A stretch of DNA of 46,808 nt from a virus (Duplodnaviria; Caudoviricetes): IMG/VR virus record IMGVR_UViG_3300022666_000335, positions 1 to 46,808 of that record; one strand, written 5' to 3'. This document shows positions 28,698 through 38,567 of this stretch, piece by piece (the stretch's first letter is position 1; the number at the start of each line of letters is the position of its first letter). The translations under genes were made by a program, and so were the position numbers. Below the pieces are notes generated by a model. It saw only the letters and a list, made by a program, of their open reading frames with translations, ran no database searches and was not told the origin of the DNA.

Positions 28698-29300
28698 CTA
28701 TATCCTCCGCACGAACGGTTCCAGCATGGCCTGGACATCTGGGTCCAGACCAGGAATCAGCCGCAACTGACCGCCGGCCTGATTGCTGCCAGCGATCCCG
28801 AACGGGGAATCCTTCCGGTTGAAAATCCGCTGACTCTGCAACAAACAGGCCTGGTTAATCATCGCCGGCGATGCGCTGGCATACCCGAATTTGCCCACGA
28901 TTTTAACCCCTCGGTTGATGAACGCCGGGAACAAATACGCGCCATTCTCGGAAACCGCAATCAACGTGTAGGGTCCGCCGTTCAGCACGGCATTGGCCGG
29001 CAGTAGATCGTAGTCGGCCGTGGTCCAGGTATCCTCAAAGGCCCGATCTCCGTCACCGTCCGTGGCCAATGTGGTGATACTGATAATGTCATCGTTTGGA
29101 AATAGCTCGACCTCGGACTGGGCAGTATAGTAGCGCGTCTCATCTGCCACCGTGGTATAAAACCGACGGTTGCAATAACTGTCAATCCAGCGAGAAACCG
29201 AGGTTATCACAGCCTCGATGATGGAATCGTCAGTGCTATCGGTGATATCCATGCGGGCCTTCGCCTCATTCGGAGTGCAGTAGCCGTTAGTGATGGGCAT
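28698..29300 (-). CDS. Head-tail connector (gp6-like)
   Basis: YCTPNE...IDSYCNRRF...GY...P..INQACL...DVQAMLEPF. Confidence 0.8.
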   Translation of the reverse strand: MPITNGYCTPNEAKARMDITDSTDDSIIEAVITSVSRWIDSYCNRRFYTTVADETRYYTAQSEVELFPNDDIISITTLATDGDGDRAFEDTWTTADYDLLPANAVLNGGPYTLIAVSENGAYLFPAFINRGVKIVGKFGYASASPAMINQACLLQSQRIFNRKDSPFGIAGSNQAGGQLRLIPGLDPDVQAMLEPFVRRI

Positions 29301-29302
29301 GG

Positions 29303-29668
29303 TTACCTCACGAACAGATAAATCGTTCCAGATTTTGCGTTCCCGGCATTTGTCACGCCGAGAGTTAATTTCGATTCCACGCAGGCCGTCATATTGGCGG
29401 CCAGTTTATAGACTGGCGCGGCGTTGCTGAGATTTGCGCCCTGGCCTGCCAGGACATCATTGCCGTCGCTATCTACGATCGTCACGTCGTATTGATCCGT
29501 GGGTTGATCCGCCCCGGACCCCGGAACGAACACGGCGCCCACAATCTGCCCGGTCAGGTAGTTCGTCGTTGTGCCATCGGCGGCCCCTCCGGCGCTGCTG
29601 ACCCAGGCGAATTTTATTTTTTGAACGCTGCTGTGCATAACTTCAGTCGTTGTTACTGTTCCTGCCAT
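29303..29668 (-). CDS. Virion-associated hypothetical protein
   Basis: Small beta-rich protein in head cluster. Confidence 0.6.
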   Translation of the reverse strand: MAGTVTTTEVMHSSVQKIKFAWVSSAGGAADGTTTNYLTGQIVGAVFVPGSGADQPTDQYDVTIVDSDGNDVLAGQGANLSNAAPVYKLAANMTACVESKLTLGVTNAGNAKSGTIYLFVR

Positions 29669-29677
29669 ACCGCCCCC

Positions 29678-30331
29678 TTATTGGGTGTATCCCTCGATTG
29701 TTATGGAGCCGGAGATATTGCCCCCGCTCAGGTTCGTGAACCGGATCAGATGCTCCGTAGCCCCTTTGAGCAGCCACCAATCCCCGCCGCCGCCCCGGAG
29801 CACTGCCCCAACCCGCGTGGTAGGTGAGGCGCCGCCAGGGATGTAGTATCCGTTTACCAGCGCTACGCTCCCCGTGGCTGTCACAGTCGGCCCATGCGTC
29901 AACGTCAACGGGCAGGCCGTTGCCACGTCGCGTCTCAGGTTATACATAGCGACTGCGGTGCCGGCGCTGATCGTTGGAGCCTCGTACAGATAAACACGGC
30001 CGGCTCCACCCACATCGAACGAGGCCGCCATATGGAACAAACCGGTTCCGGTGAGTAGTCGTAAATCTACCGACGCATTATCAGCCAGGGCCGTGAATGA
30101 ATGTGTTCCGCGCCACATGTAGCCGAGGTGGATCTCAGCATGGACAATGTCAATGTTTTTTACTGCCGACGTGGCTATAACGTCAGTAAACTCCAGGCCA
30201 CTGGAATTTACGGGGACAATTTTCCCGGCCTGGGCCACACCTGCCCCGAGAACTACGGTAGTTCCGGCCGCCAGTGCAACCTGGGTCCCAGATGATAAAC
30301 CGACCTCTCCCTCTATTTTTACTCCAGCCAT
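29678..30331 (-). CDS. Virion-associated hypothetical protein
   Basis: SD AGGAGG; head cluster. Confidence 0.6.
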   Translation of the reverse strand: MAGVKIEGEVGLSSGTQVALAAGTTVVLGAGVAQAGKIVPVNSSGLEFTDVIATSAVKNIDIVHAEIHLGYMWRGTHSFTALADNASVDLRLLTGTGLFHMAASFDVGGAGRVYLYEAPTISAGTAVAMYNLRRDVATACPLTLTHGPTVTATGSVALVNGYYIPGGASPTTRVGAVLRGGGGDWWLLKGATEHLIRFTNLSGGNISGSITIEGYTQ

Positions 30332-30344
30332 AAGGCCTCCTATA

Positions 30345-30378
30345 AAGACGGGGGCCGGTCTGATCCGGCCCCCGTCTT
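30345..30378 (-). terminator. 14-bp stem hairpin after capsid/decoration genes
   Basis: AAGACGGGGGCCGG-TCTGAT-CCGGCCCCCGTCTT. Confidence 0.6.
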
Positions 30379-30385
30379 GTCTGAA

Positions 30386-30979
30386 TTAGGTGCCGATCGC
30401 CACCCAGTTGACCGTTTTCACAAACGTGGTCGCGGCGGCGGGGGTAGCATCGCCGGCCCCGACCCGCTTCCAGGTTTTGATGTAGACCGACCCGGCCGCC
30501 GGAGCGCCGGCCTGGTTTCCGATCGAGGCCGTCACCAGATCCGGGTCGAGCGTCGGGTCACTCTCCAGCGTGGCTACGATGGCCACGACAGTAGCGAGCC
30601 CGGTAACGACAGTATCCACCGCCGCCACCGTCGTATGAATGCCGCGGGCAATTTTGTAGCCCGCCGCAACGCCCTGGGTCAGCAGATTGATCTGCGCGGC
30701 CGTCGGCGTAATCTGCGTTCCGGCGCCGGCTCCCAGATAGAGAGCCGCCAGGTGCAACTCGTCCAGGTTTTTGTTGGCCCCCAAGACGGCCGCCTTGCTG
30801 GCGGCGGCGGTACCGGCCGTCACGCCGTCCAGGAACGCCAGCTCTGCCTCACTCAGCGTCGTAGTTCCCACGATCACGCCGCCGGCGGCTTTAATCGTCA
30901 GGATTGCGGTGCCCGTGGTTTTATTGTGAAAAATCAGGTCACCGCCCGACCATTTCGATCCTACAAGGGTGTTAGGCAT
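30386..30979 (-). CDS. Head fibre/decoration-like protein
   Basis: Ala/Thr/Gly-rich, ends VNWVAIG. Confidence 0.6.
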   Translation of the reverse strand: MPNTLVGSKWSGGDLIFHNKTTGTAILTIKAAGGVIVGTTTLSEAELAFLDGVTAGTAAASKAAVLGANKNLDELHLAALYLGAGAGTQITPTAAQINLLTQGVAAGYKIARGIHTTVAAVDTVVTGLATVVAIVATLESDPTLDPDLVTASIGNQAGAPAAGSVYIKTWKRVGAGDATPAAATTFVKTVNWVAIGT

Positions 30980-30991
30980 TTCGAGCCTCCG

Positions 30992-31462
30992 TTATGCCGT
31001 GTAATCGGCGGAGTCGGTCCCGTAGCGACCCTCGACGACCAGGAAAGCCGAGGTGATGTTCGCGGCGGCACTGGCACCAGTCCGAACGGCCACGAATTTG
31101 AACCCGTCCGATAAAATAGCCGGATCGAGTTGGAACACGACCAGCTTCGGCTTAACCGCCGCGCTGGTGGTGAAATCCGCAGCGTCGGTCTGGCGAGTCA
31201 TCGCCGAAGTTGCCGCCGTATCCTGATTGGTCCAGAGCGGCATGGTTTTGGCGATGGCCTGAGCACCGCCGCCGGCGTTCGTGGTAGCCTCCAAAATGTC
31301 GAACTTGACCGTGTTTGCCGCGCCCTGATCCAGGTAGCAGCACACGAAAACGCGCTGGGCCTCGCCAACGTTGACATAGTCCCCCGTCCGGCCGCCAGCA
31401 TCGGCAGCCGGGACGAGGCACGAAACAACCATCTGAGAGTCGGGAATTGCTAAAGCGGGCAT
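30992..31462 (-). CDS. Putative capsid decoration/cement protein
   Basis: Immediately after MCP; strong SD GAGGAGG. Confidence 0.6.
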   Translation of the reverse strand: MPALAIPDSQMVVSCLVPAADAGGRTGDYVNVGEAQRVFVCCYLDQGAANTVKFDILEATTNAGGGAQAIAKTMPLWTNQDTAATSAMTRQTDAADFTTSAAVKPKLVVFQLDPAILSDGFKFVAVRTGASAAANITSAFLVVEGRYGTDSADYTA

Positions 31463-31478
31463 TTTTTCCTCCTCGATT

Positions 31479-32630
31479 TTAGCGGGTCGCCAAAACGATG
31501 AACGGCGACAACGTGTTGGTCCCCTGATACGGGGTCAAGGCCGAGCGCCAGAACGGTTGGCCGTCCACCCTGAAGGTGAACCTGAACGTTTGTTCGTCGT
31601 ACAGGAAGCGGACGTGCATACTCGACGCCATCTGAACGCCGCCCTTTTCGGCCAGAGCGTATTGACTCATGTCAGCGAGAACGATGTCGCCTACGGTCCC
31701 CAGCGTCGAGTTGTACTCTGTGGGAATGACCGGGCGCCCGAACAGGGTCGCATACGGTTCCCCGCTGGCGCCTCCGGCCGGCATGTACACCGGCTGACCA
31801 CCAGTTCCCACGGCCAGCGACATCGAATATAACTGAGGTTCGATGTCCTGGTTGATATACCAGGCCGCATTCCGCCGAGAGCGCCCCCAGCAGCGGGACC
31901 ACATTTTAACGACGTTCTCCCAGAGAAGGGTGCCAGCCGCCTGGCCGGCTTCAGCCGCCACAGTCACCAGCGCCGGGGAATTAAGGATTCCCAACGGCTT
32001 CCCCACGCCGTCACCTCTCATTATGGCGGCCTCGGTCTTAAACGAGATTTCCTCGGGGAAAATCTGCATAATGAGAGTCTGGAGCTGAGCGGCGTCAGCC
32101 AAAATCTCCTCCGTCGCATAACAGAGCCCGTACAACTTGTCGAGCTTCAATTTCACATTCTCGAACTTCGGCTTGGTCGCCGTGACGGTAGCACCCTCGG
32201 CGGCCCAATAGGCCTGGATCCCGCCGTATCGGGAGCCGTCAGCACGGGATGTTTCCGAAATCGCCGGCCATTCGGTGGAATTCGATTCGGTACTGACCGG
32301 AATCCGGAAGCACCTCGCCATTACCTGCCCGACCTCATAGGCCCGCTTCCAAATCTCTTTGGAGACATCAGTGGAAACCAAAACGCCGCCGTCAGAAGCG
32401 ACCAGTTCATTCGACCCGGCCGATTTCAGGTAGTTGGCGAAACGCTTGTCCACCGGCTTGTTCCGCGCGTGATCTGCCACGCTCTTGAAAAACTCGCCAG
32501 GAGTCAGCGGCTTATCGAGCTCGTTGTCATGCTGAGACACGAGCGGGCCAGCTACCACGCCGGGGTTGGCCGGCGGTTGCAGTTGGGCGACCACGGCGGC
32601 CGCCACGGCCTTGATTTCATTCTCGTCCAT
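31479..32630 (-). CDS. Major capsid protein from probable internal start
   Basis: In-frame ATG at 32630 with GGAGG 8 nt upstream. Confidence 0.6.
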   Translation of the reverse strand: MDENEIKAVAAAVVAQLQPPANPGVVAGPLVSQHDNELDKPLTPGEFFKSVADHARNKPVDKRFANYLKSAGSNELVASDGGVLVSTDVSKEIWKRAYEVGQVMARCFRIPVSTESNSTEWPAISETSRADGSRYGGIQAYWAAEGATVTATKPKFENVKLKLDKLYGLCYATEEILADAAQLQTLIMQIFPEEISFKTEAAIMRGDGVGKPLGILNSPALVTVAAEAGQAAGTLLWENVVKMWSRCWGRSRRNAAWYINQDIEPQLYSMSLAVGTGGQPVYMPAGGASGEPYATLFGRPVIPTEYNSTLGTVGDIVLADMSQYALAEKGGVQMASSMHVRFLYDEQTFRFTFRVDGQPFWRSALTPYQGTNTLSPFIVLATR

Positions 32631-34220
32631 GTGAATACCCTCCGTATGATTGTCAGAATTGTTTCCCGGCTCATTCGCTCCCGGCGCTGCGGGCGTGGCG
32701 GCCGCCACCTCTGCCCCAGCCTGGGCCGGCTGCTGCTGTGCCGATTCGGCCATAAATGTTTTGAGCGCTTCAGCCTGCGCTCGCGGCTCTGCCGGCGTCG
32801 GGGTCAGACTTGCGTCAATCCCCAACGGCCAGCGGGTGATTTCGTATGTGCCGTTTCCGATCGAGCGCCGCTCGATCAGATGGGGGGCGGTACCGCTCGA
32901 CCAGCCCAGTTTCCCAGCCTCGGCCATCCGGTAAATCGCCCGCTCATACTCGTCGCGCATTTTCAGCTGCGCCTCAATCCACACGCCCACGTCATCTATT
33001 TTTATGGCGGCATGGTCATCCAAAACCCGCCGCTGGAGAATCCCATCCATGCCATGCTGGTAGAAAACCAGGCTGGTGGTATGAGATCCGAAATCCGTCG
33101 ATTTGGTGAAATAATCGCCGGTCAGATCGGGCTGGGCGGGATCGCCGAAATACACCAGATATCCCCCCACGCGCCCGTCGCCCAGGGCCTTAACTGCCGA
33201 TCCTGAGAACACAACCGGTGCGGCTGATTTTTCAGCCGTATCGTACCAGTCGTAACAGGCCCAGAATCCAGGGGCCCGGGGGTCGCGCTTGGTATCGCAA
33301 CTATGCCGGCTCAGGAACGACTCGCGACTCTCCGGGATGTCGCGCTGCATGTCCATTTCAGGATCGCCATAATGGACCAAATAAACCCGATCGCCGACCT
33401 GCACATCGCGCTCATATTTTTTATCATTCCGACTCGACGGGCGGCGCCGGGATGCCATGACCTCAACGCCGTTGTAGGTGTACGGGTACAACTCGGCTGC
33501 CTTGATCTCCGTCATCGTTGCATATTCGGAAACATCCTCGGATTCCTCATCGGATTCCTCGTACTCATCGACATCAGTTTCTTCCTCGCCCTTCAACGGA
33601 AAATCAAACCGCTGATCTCCCAGCGCCAGCGTTACTCGGTCGAACGCGAGCGGATCACCAACGCCGGAAATACCATCAGGCTCAGGTGTTCCGGTTGGCA
33701 CATAGGCGAGCGTGATATGAGGAATGAATCCGTGATCCTGGGATTCCTGATCGATTCCCAGGCATTCACAGAGTCGGTGCCGGATTTCTGGGATCTGCGG
33801 CGAGTCGTACAACAGGACAATGGCGTCCTGTGCTCCATCGCCGACCCCCACAAATCGGGCGAACCCGTTGATTCGGCCGAATACCGGCCGTTCGCACTGA
33901 GCAAACTGCGCCACCCCGGAAACGGTCGCGGTCAGATCCAGTCCGGCCGCCTCACCCAGATAGGCCAGCGTAATATGCAGATCCTCAGCGGGCTCACCGC
34001 CAGGGATCGCTAAACGCTGCGCCGTCGCCGGATCGAGCATGAGCGCCACCATCGCCCCTGTGTGGGCCGCTTTGGTCTCGCTAGCATACAGGGCGGCCTG
34101 CTGGGCCTGGGCAGTTTCCTGATCGGGATGACACCCCAGCGTTTCCCCCATCGGTTTCCCATCAGGGCCCAGTTTAAAAATGCAGTATTCGTTTTCGCGT
34201 TCTACAATTCCGTAAGGCAT
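31479..34220 (-). CDS. Polyprotein: 2H phosphoesterase + DUF6321-like + prohead protease + HK97-fold major capsid protein
   Basis: Two HITLAY motifs; HYGDP..SFLSRHSC..FWAC..W; LGWSSG/DASLTPTPAEP protease; DGGVLV, WAAEG, GDGVGKPLGILN, LFGRPV capsid motifs. Confidence 0.88.
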   Translation of the reverse strand: MPYGIVERENEYCIFKLGPDGKPMGETLGCHPDQETAQAQQAALYASETKAAHTGAMVALMLDPATAQRLAIPGGEPAEDLHITLAYLGEAAGLDLTATVSGVAQFAQCERPVFGRINGFARFVGVGDGAQDAIVLLYDSPQIPEIRHRLCECLGIDQESQDHGFIPHITLAYVPTGTPEPDGISGVGDPLAFDRVTLALGDQRFDFPLKGEEETDVDEYEESDEESEDVSEYATMTEIKAAELYPYTYNGVEVMASRRRPSSRNDKKYERDVQVGDRVYLVHYGDPEMDMQRDIPESRESFLSRHSCDTKRDPRAPGFWACYDWYDTAEKSAAPVVFSGSAVKALGDGRVGGYLVYFGDPAQPDLTGDYFTKSTDFGSHTTSLVFYQHGMDGILQRRVLDDHAAIKIDDVGVWIEAQLKMRDEYERAIYRMAEAGKLGWSSGTAPHLIERRSIGNGTYEITRWPLGIDASLTPTPAEPRAQAEALKTFMAESAQQQPAQAGAEVAAATPAAPGANEPGNNSDNHTEGIHMDENEIKAVAAAVVAQLQPPANPGVVAGPLVSQHDNELDKPLTPGEFFKSVADHARNKPVDKRFANYLKSAGSNELVASDGGVLVSTDVSKEIWKRAYEVGQVMARCFRIPVSTESNSTEWPAISETSRADGSRYGGIQAYWAAEGATVTATKPKFENVKLKLDKLYGLCYATEEILADAAQLQTLIMQIFPEEISFKTEAAIMRGDGVGKPLGILNSPALVTVAAEAGQAAGTLLWENVVKMWSRCWGRSRRNAAWYINQDIEPQLYSMSLAVGTGGQPVYMPAGGASGEPYATLFGRPVIPTEYNSTLGTVGDIVLADMSQYALAEKGGVQMASSMHVRFLYDEQTFRFTFRVDGQPFWRSALTPYQGTNTLSPFIVLATR

Positions 34221-34223
34221 TTA

Positions 34224-36266
34224 CTACACCTCCACTCGCGTTCCGCGTTTACCAACAATGATGATCCGTTTGGCGCACCGACACCGAGGATGAGCCGGCG
34301 GCCCACCTGGGAACTGTTGTTCCCACACTGCCCGCGGCTGCCCATCCAGGGCCCCGCAAATCGGACAGACCCGCTCGTCCCGATGGGTGAGCCATTCCTC
34401 AGAAATTTTCAAACCCGGATAGGATTTCTCCAACATTCCCCGGTACAGATCCATCGCGGCCGAGAAGGCCCGCGTGGTCTCAGTTGAGGCGATCATATCG
34501 GCCCGGATTTTCCCGAATGTCGGCTCGAGTAGCCGCTTTAGTTGCTCCATATCCATGGACGGATTAGCTATGTATTGACTGAGCGTTTTTTGCAGCGATG
34601 CCCGCGTGGTATCCGTCAGGCCGGCAACCAGGTCGTAACCATACGACTGAGCCCAGTTAGAGGCCATTGCCGACACGCTGGCAGGGTCCATTTCGATTCC
34701 AGTTTCCGCCGCGATATTCATGGCCGCCTCGCTGGCAATTTCCGAGAGCTGCGGCATCAACGCTGCCAAAAGCGCCGCCGCCAATTTGCTGTAATCGGGC
34801 TCCTCTTTTTTCTCGATCGCGGTGATCGAATCATCTGCAAAATCATCGAATACCGGCTGAATTGCCTCATTAATGGCGGTCTCGTTGTCAGCCCTGGAAT
34901 CCTCCCAGGATTTCAGAAACGAGAACCCTTGTTCCAGACCCATCGATTCCACACGGGAAGCTACCAGGGCCTTGACAGTCGGCGTAATCGTGGCGCTCTC
35001 GAAATCTGCCAATCGGCCGCGCTTGAGGCTCTTACGGCGCCAGGCCTTCAAATCATCCATCATGCCCGGGTCGCTGGGCTCTGGTTGTTGCGGAGCCGGA
35101 GTGGGGGCCGGGGCCGGCTGCGGGTCCAGATCGGCATATTCAACGCCCAGAGGCATATCGAGCCCCAACATCTGGGCCGCTATGCTGGGTTTCATGCCGG
35201 CGTCAATGTAGGTTTTGTATGCGCTGGAGCGTTCGGTTTCGTTTTCCTGGAACACATCCAGGGAATTTGAATTGAACCGCAGCTGATAGCCCATTTGATC
35301 TAATACCTGAACATTCAGCACGGAGGCGATGAAATCGCACTCCGGCACAATAGTGTTCTGGTAGAACGTCTCGGCGTCCTGAGACGCTGTGGCGTAGTTC
35401 GCTGCGTTGGCGAATAGTAGCGTCTGCGGAACGCCAAGAGCGGTGGCAACCTGTTCACCGAATCCCTGCAACAGCTCGCCATTTCCGAATTCGTCCAGAC
35501 CTCCGCCGATCACCGTCGGCTTTACCGCGTCCGCATTGATTGCTTTGACCCGGAATGCATTGGCAACCCCGGTGAATAGTTTGTTGAAAATCCCCTCGAT
35601 GCGCTCCCGCTCGTCAGGCTGTGTGCCCTGCGGAACGCCGAGGATAGTCATTTTCACCAGGCCGCCCGCGGCATATTTGGCCGCGAACTGATCGATGCTC
35701 ATCAGGATGCCGCCGGCAGCCAACGCTGCCCGGACTGGTGACGTTGACGGGGGGCCGTATTCGACCATAGCATCGGGCGCCCAAAAAATCACCAGATCGC
35801 GCTGGGTCAGGCTGGTATTTCCGTTGTTGGTTGTTCGGGTGAACAGCGCCGAACGGCCATCCTGAGAAATGCCGTCAAACTCAATCGTTGGAGTTGCGAG
35901 GTATCGCAACCCAGGCGCGAGAGGTTCCTCAACGTATCTGGACAGATAGGCCGCCCCCCAAATACAGAGGGCTTGCTCGATCAACTGAAAGAGCCGGCGC
36001 GGGTTCGGCATGATTTTAATGGTATTCTGCCAGGCGTCGGACGAATCGACCTGTTCGTCGCCGCGATAAATCGAAAATGGCACGCCGGCCACTGCCTGGG
36101 CCCTGATGTTAACTCCACGATTCACCGCCCCGACGCGCTGGTATATCGCGGTTTGGGTTGGCTCTCCCTGCGTGTCCCCAACGAGCCAGTCCATGAACCG
36201 GTCGAACGTTCCCAACGAAATGCTCTTGATGGCGTTATGTGCCACGTTTCCCCCTATGCCAGCCAT
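34224..36266 (-). CDS. Portal protein fused to Mu gpF-like minor head domain
   Basis: HK97-type portal motifs (ALGVPQTLL, ANYATA); C-terminal RADMIASTE, ERVCPICGALDG, PPAHPRCRC. Confidence 0.9.
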   Translation of the reverse strand: MAGIGGNVAHNAIKSISLGTFDRFMDWLVGDTQGEPTQTAIYQRVGAVNRGVNIRAQAVAGVPFSIYRGDEQVDSSDAWQNTIKIMPNPRRLFQLIEQALCIWGAAYLSRYVEEPLAPGLRYLATPTIEFDGISQDGRSALFTRTTNNGNTSLTQRDLVIFWAPDAMVEYGPPSTSPVRAALAAGGILMSIDQFAAKYAAGGLVKMTILGVPQGTQPDERERIEGIFNKLFTGVANAFRVKAINADAVKPTVIGGGLDEFGNGELLQGFGEQVATALGVPQTLLFANAANYATASQDAETFYQNTIVPECDFIASVLNVQVLDQMGYQLRFNSNSLDVFQENETERSSAYKTYIDAGMKPSIAAQMLGLDMPLGVEYADLDPQPAPAPTPAPQQPEPSDPGMMDDLKAWRRKSLKRGRLADFESATITPTVKALVASRVESMGLEQGFSFLKSWEDSRADNETAINEAIQPVFDDFADDSITAIEKKEEPDYSKLAAALLAALMPQLSEIASEAAMNIAAETGIEMDPASVSAMASNWAQSYGYDLVAGLTDTTRASLQKTLSQYIANPSMDMEQLKRLLEPTFGKIRADMIASTETTRAFSAAMDLYRGMLEKSYPGLKISEEWLTHRDERVCPICGALDGQPRAVWEQQFPGGPPAHPRCRCAKRIIIVGKRGTRVEV

Positions 36267-37672
36267 GGAGACGCCTTCCCGGCGTAGATTGCCAACGCGA
36301 GAGCCCAGAATTTATCCGCGTGCCCGTCAACTGTGCGCTCCGCATCAAAAACAGTATTACCTGATGGCGTTATCGTTTTTTTGATACTATGCGTTTGATA
36401 TGCCAGGTCACGCTCGGGCGGAATTGGAACATTTGCCCGCTCGAATTGCAATCGCGCCTCTACCGCCCATAGTGATTTAGTTTGCATCGTAAAATCAACT
36501 CCCACGGCCCTCCCGGTGCGTTGCAAATTCTCTGCCAGTTGGGCCCCGATGCCATTTTTATCCACGAGAGCCTGTTTGATCGGCAGCCGTCTGATTACCT
36601 CGTTAAAAACATGCTGTTGCGTATCAAATTCACAGCGGTCGAGCGTAATCAAAACCCGAACCGGCAGAGCTCCAGTCGTAGTGTTTCCAGTAATAATGCC
36701 CTCAGTTTTGTCATGCACTCTACCGATATCTATTCCCATGCTCAAAACCGGCTCACATTCCCCGGCTTTTATGGCGGTCTGGACATCCTGAATAATGGAT
36801 AGGGCTTCGTCTTTTCCGTTTGCCTTCCAGTATTTAAGTCCCGCTGACTCGAATGCCGTTTGATTTTTTTGGATGTCGTCCCAGGTTATGAGAGCGGTTG
36901 TTTCGTCAACATATTCCGCCTCATATTCCTGTTGAAAATCTTCCAAAACCATATTCTGGAAGATCAGCGTGATTCTGTCGTTTCCAAAACGCTCAACTCG
37001 GTCTGCTGTCCGCATGGCCGGCGCTGCAATGCGGGCCAGTGCCGGGTTTTTACTAAATGCGTATGTTTCCCACCATGGGGTTCGTTTTCGGTTATAGCCA
37101 GGATAGGGTTTTAATTTCTGGGTATCGATTTCCCAGAACTGCCCGCGAGCCCCCATGGTTGACGATCCCACCCGCAGCCGGCCGCCCTTTGACAGGATAG
37201 GCATGGCCGCAACGTATATTTGTCGGTCATGCTGAACATGGGCGAACTCATCGAGTGCAATGTTAAACCGGGCCTTCCCTCTGGGGGGCCTCGCTGGAAG
37301 ACTCAGCAGCCGCGCCCCGTTATCAAATTCCAGTCCTAATTCGTTGTCTCGGATCAGCTTTGGAAGCCCAGAGATATTGATGGTTTCCAGAACTGCCTTT
37401 GAATACCGAATTTTCTCTTTTGCCTCGTCCAGGTTGATCGATACAAATGCGGTCGAGGTTCCATCCAAAACGGCCTCGGCAATCGCCTCGGCTGATACAG
37501 TCCAACTCCACGCTACCTGCCGGGACTTCGCTTCAATCCTGAGCGTTGAGTTGTCGCTCAGGTGCATCAGCTGAAAATGTTCCCACCTGGCACCCTCTAC
37601 CCCTGTGGCCCTCTCCAGATCGACGGTGTCAACTAAAAACTGAGCCCGCTTTGACAGATCGGAGTATTTCAC
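36254..37672 (-). CDS. Terminase large subunit
   Basis: KSRQ Walker-A-like, LDEFAH Walker B, SST, FQQEY, GIDIGR, HADKFWALAL. Confidence 0.92.
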   Translation of the reverse strand: MKYSDLSKRAQFLVDTVDLERATGVEGARWEHFQLMHLSDNSTLRIEAKSRQVAWSWTVSAEAIAEAVLDGTSTAFVSINLDEAKEKIRYSKAVLETINISGLPKLIRDNELGLEFDNGARLLSLPARPPRGKARFNIALDEFAHVQHDRQIYVAAMPILSKGGRLRVGSSTMGARGQFWEIDTQKLKPYPGYNRKRTPWWETYAFSKNPALARIAAPAMRTADRVERFGNDRITLIFQNMVLEDFQQEYEAEYVDETTALITWDDIQKNQTAFESAGLKYWKANGKDEALSIIQDVQTAIKAGECEPVLSMGIDIGRVHDKTEGIITGNTTTGALPVRVLITLDRCEFDTQQHVFNEVIRRLPIKQALVDKNGIGAQLAENLQRTGRAVGVDFTMQTKSLWAVEARLQFERANVPIPPERDLAYQTHSIKKTITPSGNTVFDAERTVDGHADKFWALALAIYAGKASPWLA

Positions 37673-38352
37673 ACATCACCGCCGACCTCATCGTCAAAAT
37701 CGTGCAGCGTTTTCTCGACATCGCCCTGCGCATCGGCACGGCGTTTTTCCCATTCCTGTACTGTCATTCCAACATTGACAGATTCGATAGGGCCGCCATT
37801 TTTGCCGGTATGTTCCATCTGGGAGCGCCGGCCGCCGGTCTCGCGGGCGATGTCGTCGAGCGTCCCCCGATACTGGTCAAAGAGTGCAGAATTAAACCGT
37901 TCGATATCCACCCGTTCAGCATACTGGCCGCCCCCGATCTGCTTCACGTCTGGCATCCAGACACGGGAGCGCCGTCCTTCGTCATCCTCGGATTTAATCT
38001 CTGATTCCAGGAATGCGGCAAGCTCTTTCAGTTTCAACACCCGCTCAAAATCAAGAGCGAGGCCAGATTCCATAACCTCTTTGCGTTGGGCCTCTAACGC
38101 CAAATTTCTTTCTATTTCAATGCGTGCGTCGTAGTCTTTTGCCCGAGATTTCCAATCGAAACGTGATGACCAACGAAGTAAGGTGTCAAGAGAGGCGGTA
38201 ATGTATGTATCTTTATGTACTTTTATGTATTTTTCTAACAATTCTTTTAAGGAACGTCTTACGCCGAGCCTTAAGTAGTCGTTGCAGGCCTCAACAGCCC
38301 GTGATGACTCACCAGGCTTCCGTTCTCCTGCCAGCAACTCGATCCTGCTCAT
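37669..38352 (-). CDS. Terminase small subunit
   Basis: HTH-like N-terminus, EHTGKNGGPI motif, directly upstream of TerL. Confidence 0.8.
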   Translation of the reverse strand: MSRIELLAGERKPGESSRAVEACNDYLRLGVRRSLKELLEKYIKVHKDTYITASLDTLLRWSSRFDWKSRAKDYDARIEIERNLALEAQRKEVMESGLALDFERVLKLKELAAFLESEIKSEDDEGRRSRVWMPDVKQIGGGQYAERVDIERFNSALFDQYRGTLDDIARETGGRRSQMEHTGKNGGPIESVNVGMTVQEWEKRRADAQGDVEKTLHDFDDEVGGDV

Positions 38353-38567
38353 TGCTCCCTCACGCTCACAGCCGAAATAACCACAGCTCGATAATTTCCA
38401 ATCATCTCAGTCTCGTTGGCCTCTCGGTACATTCCAGACGACTCGGTTTTTACATGAGCGACTCGAATGTTAACCTGAGGATCAAAGACGCCAGGGCGCA
38501 CCTCTACCAGCACCTTCATCCCGGCGACTTCCCAAATTTTCCCGAACAACTGAAAAACTGTCATCAC
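38349..38567 (-). CDS. Small hypothetical protein; start uncertain
   Basis: Fills the gap with ATGA overlaps. Confidence 0.4.
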   Translation of the reverse strand: MMTVFQLFGKIWEVAGMKVLVEVRPGVFDPQVNIRVAHVKTESSGMYREANETEMIGNYRAVVISAVSVREQ

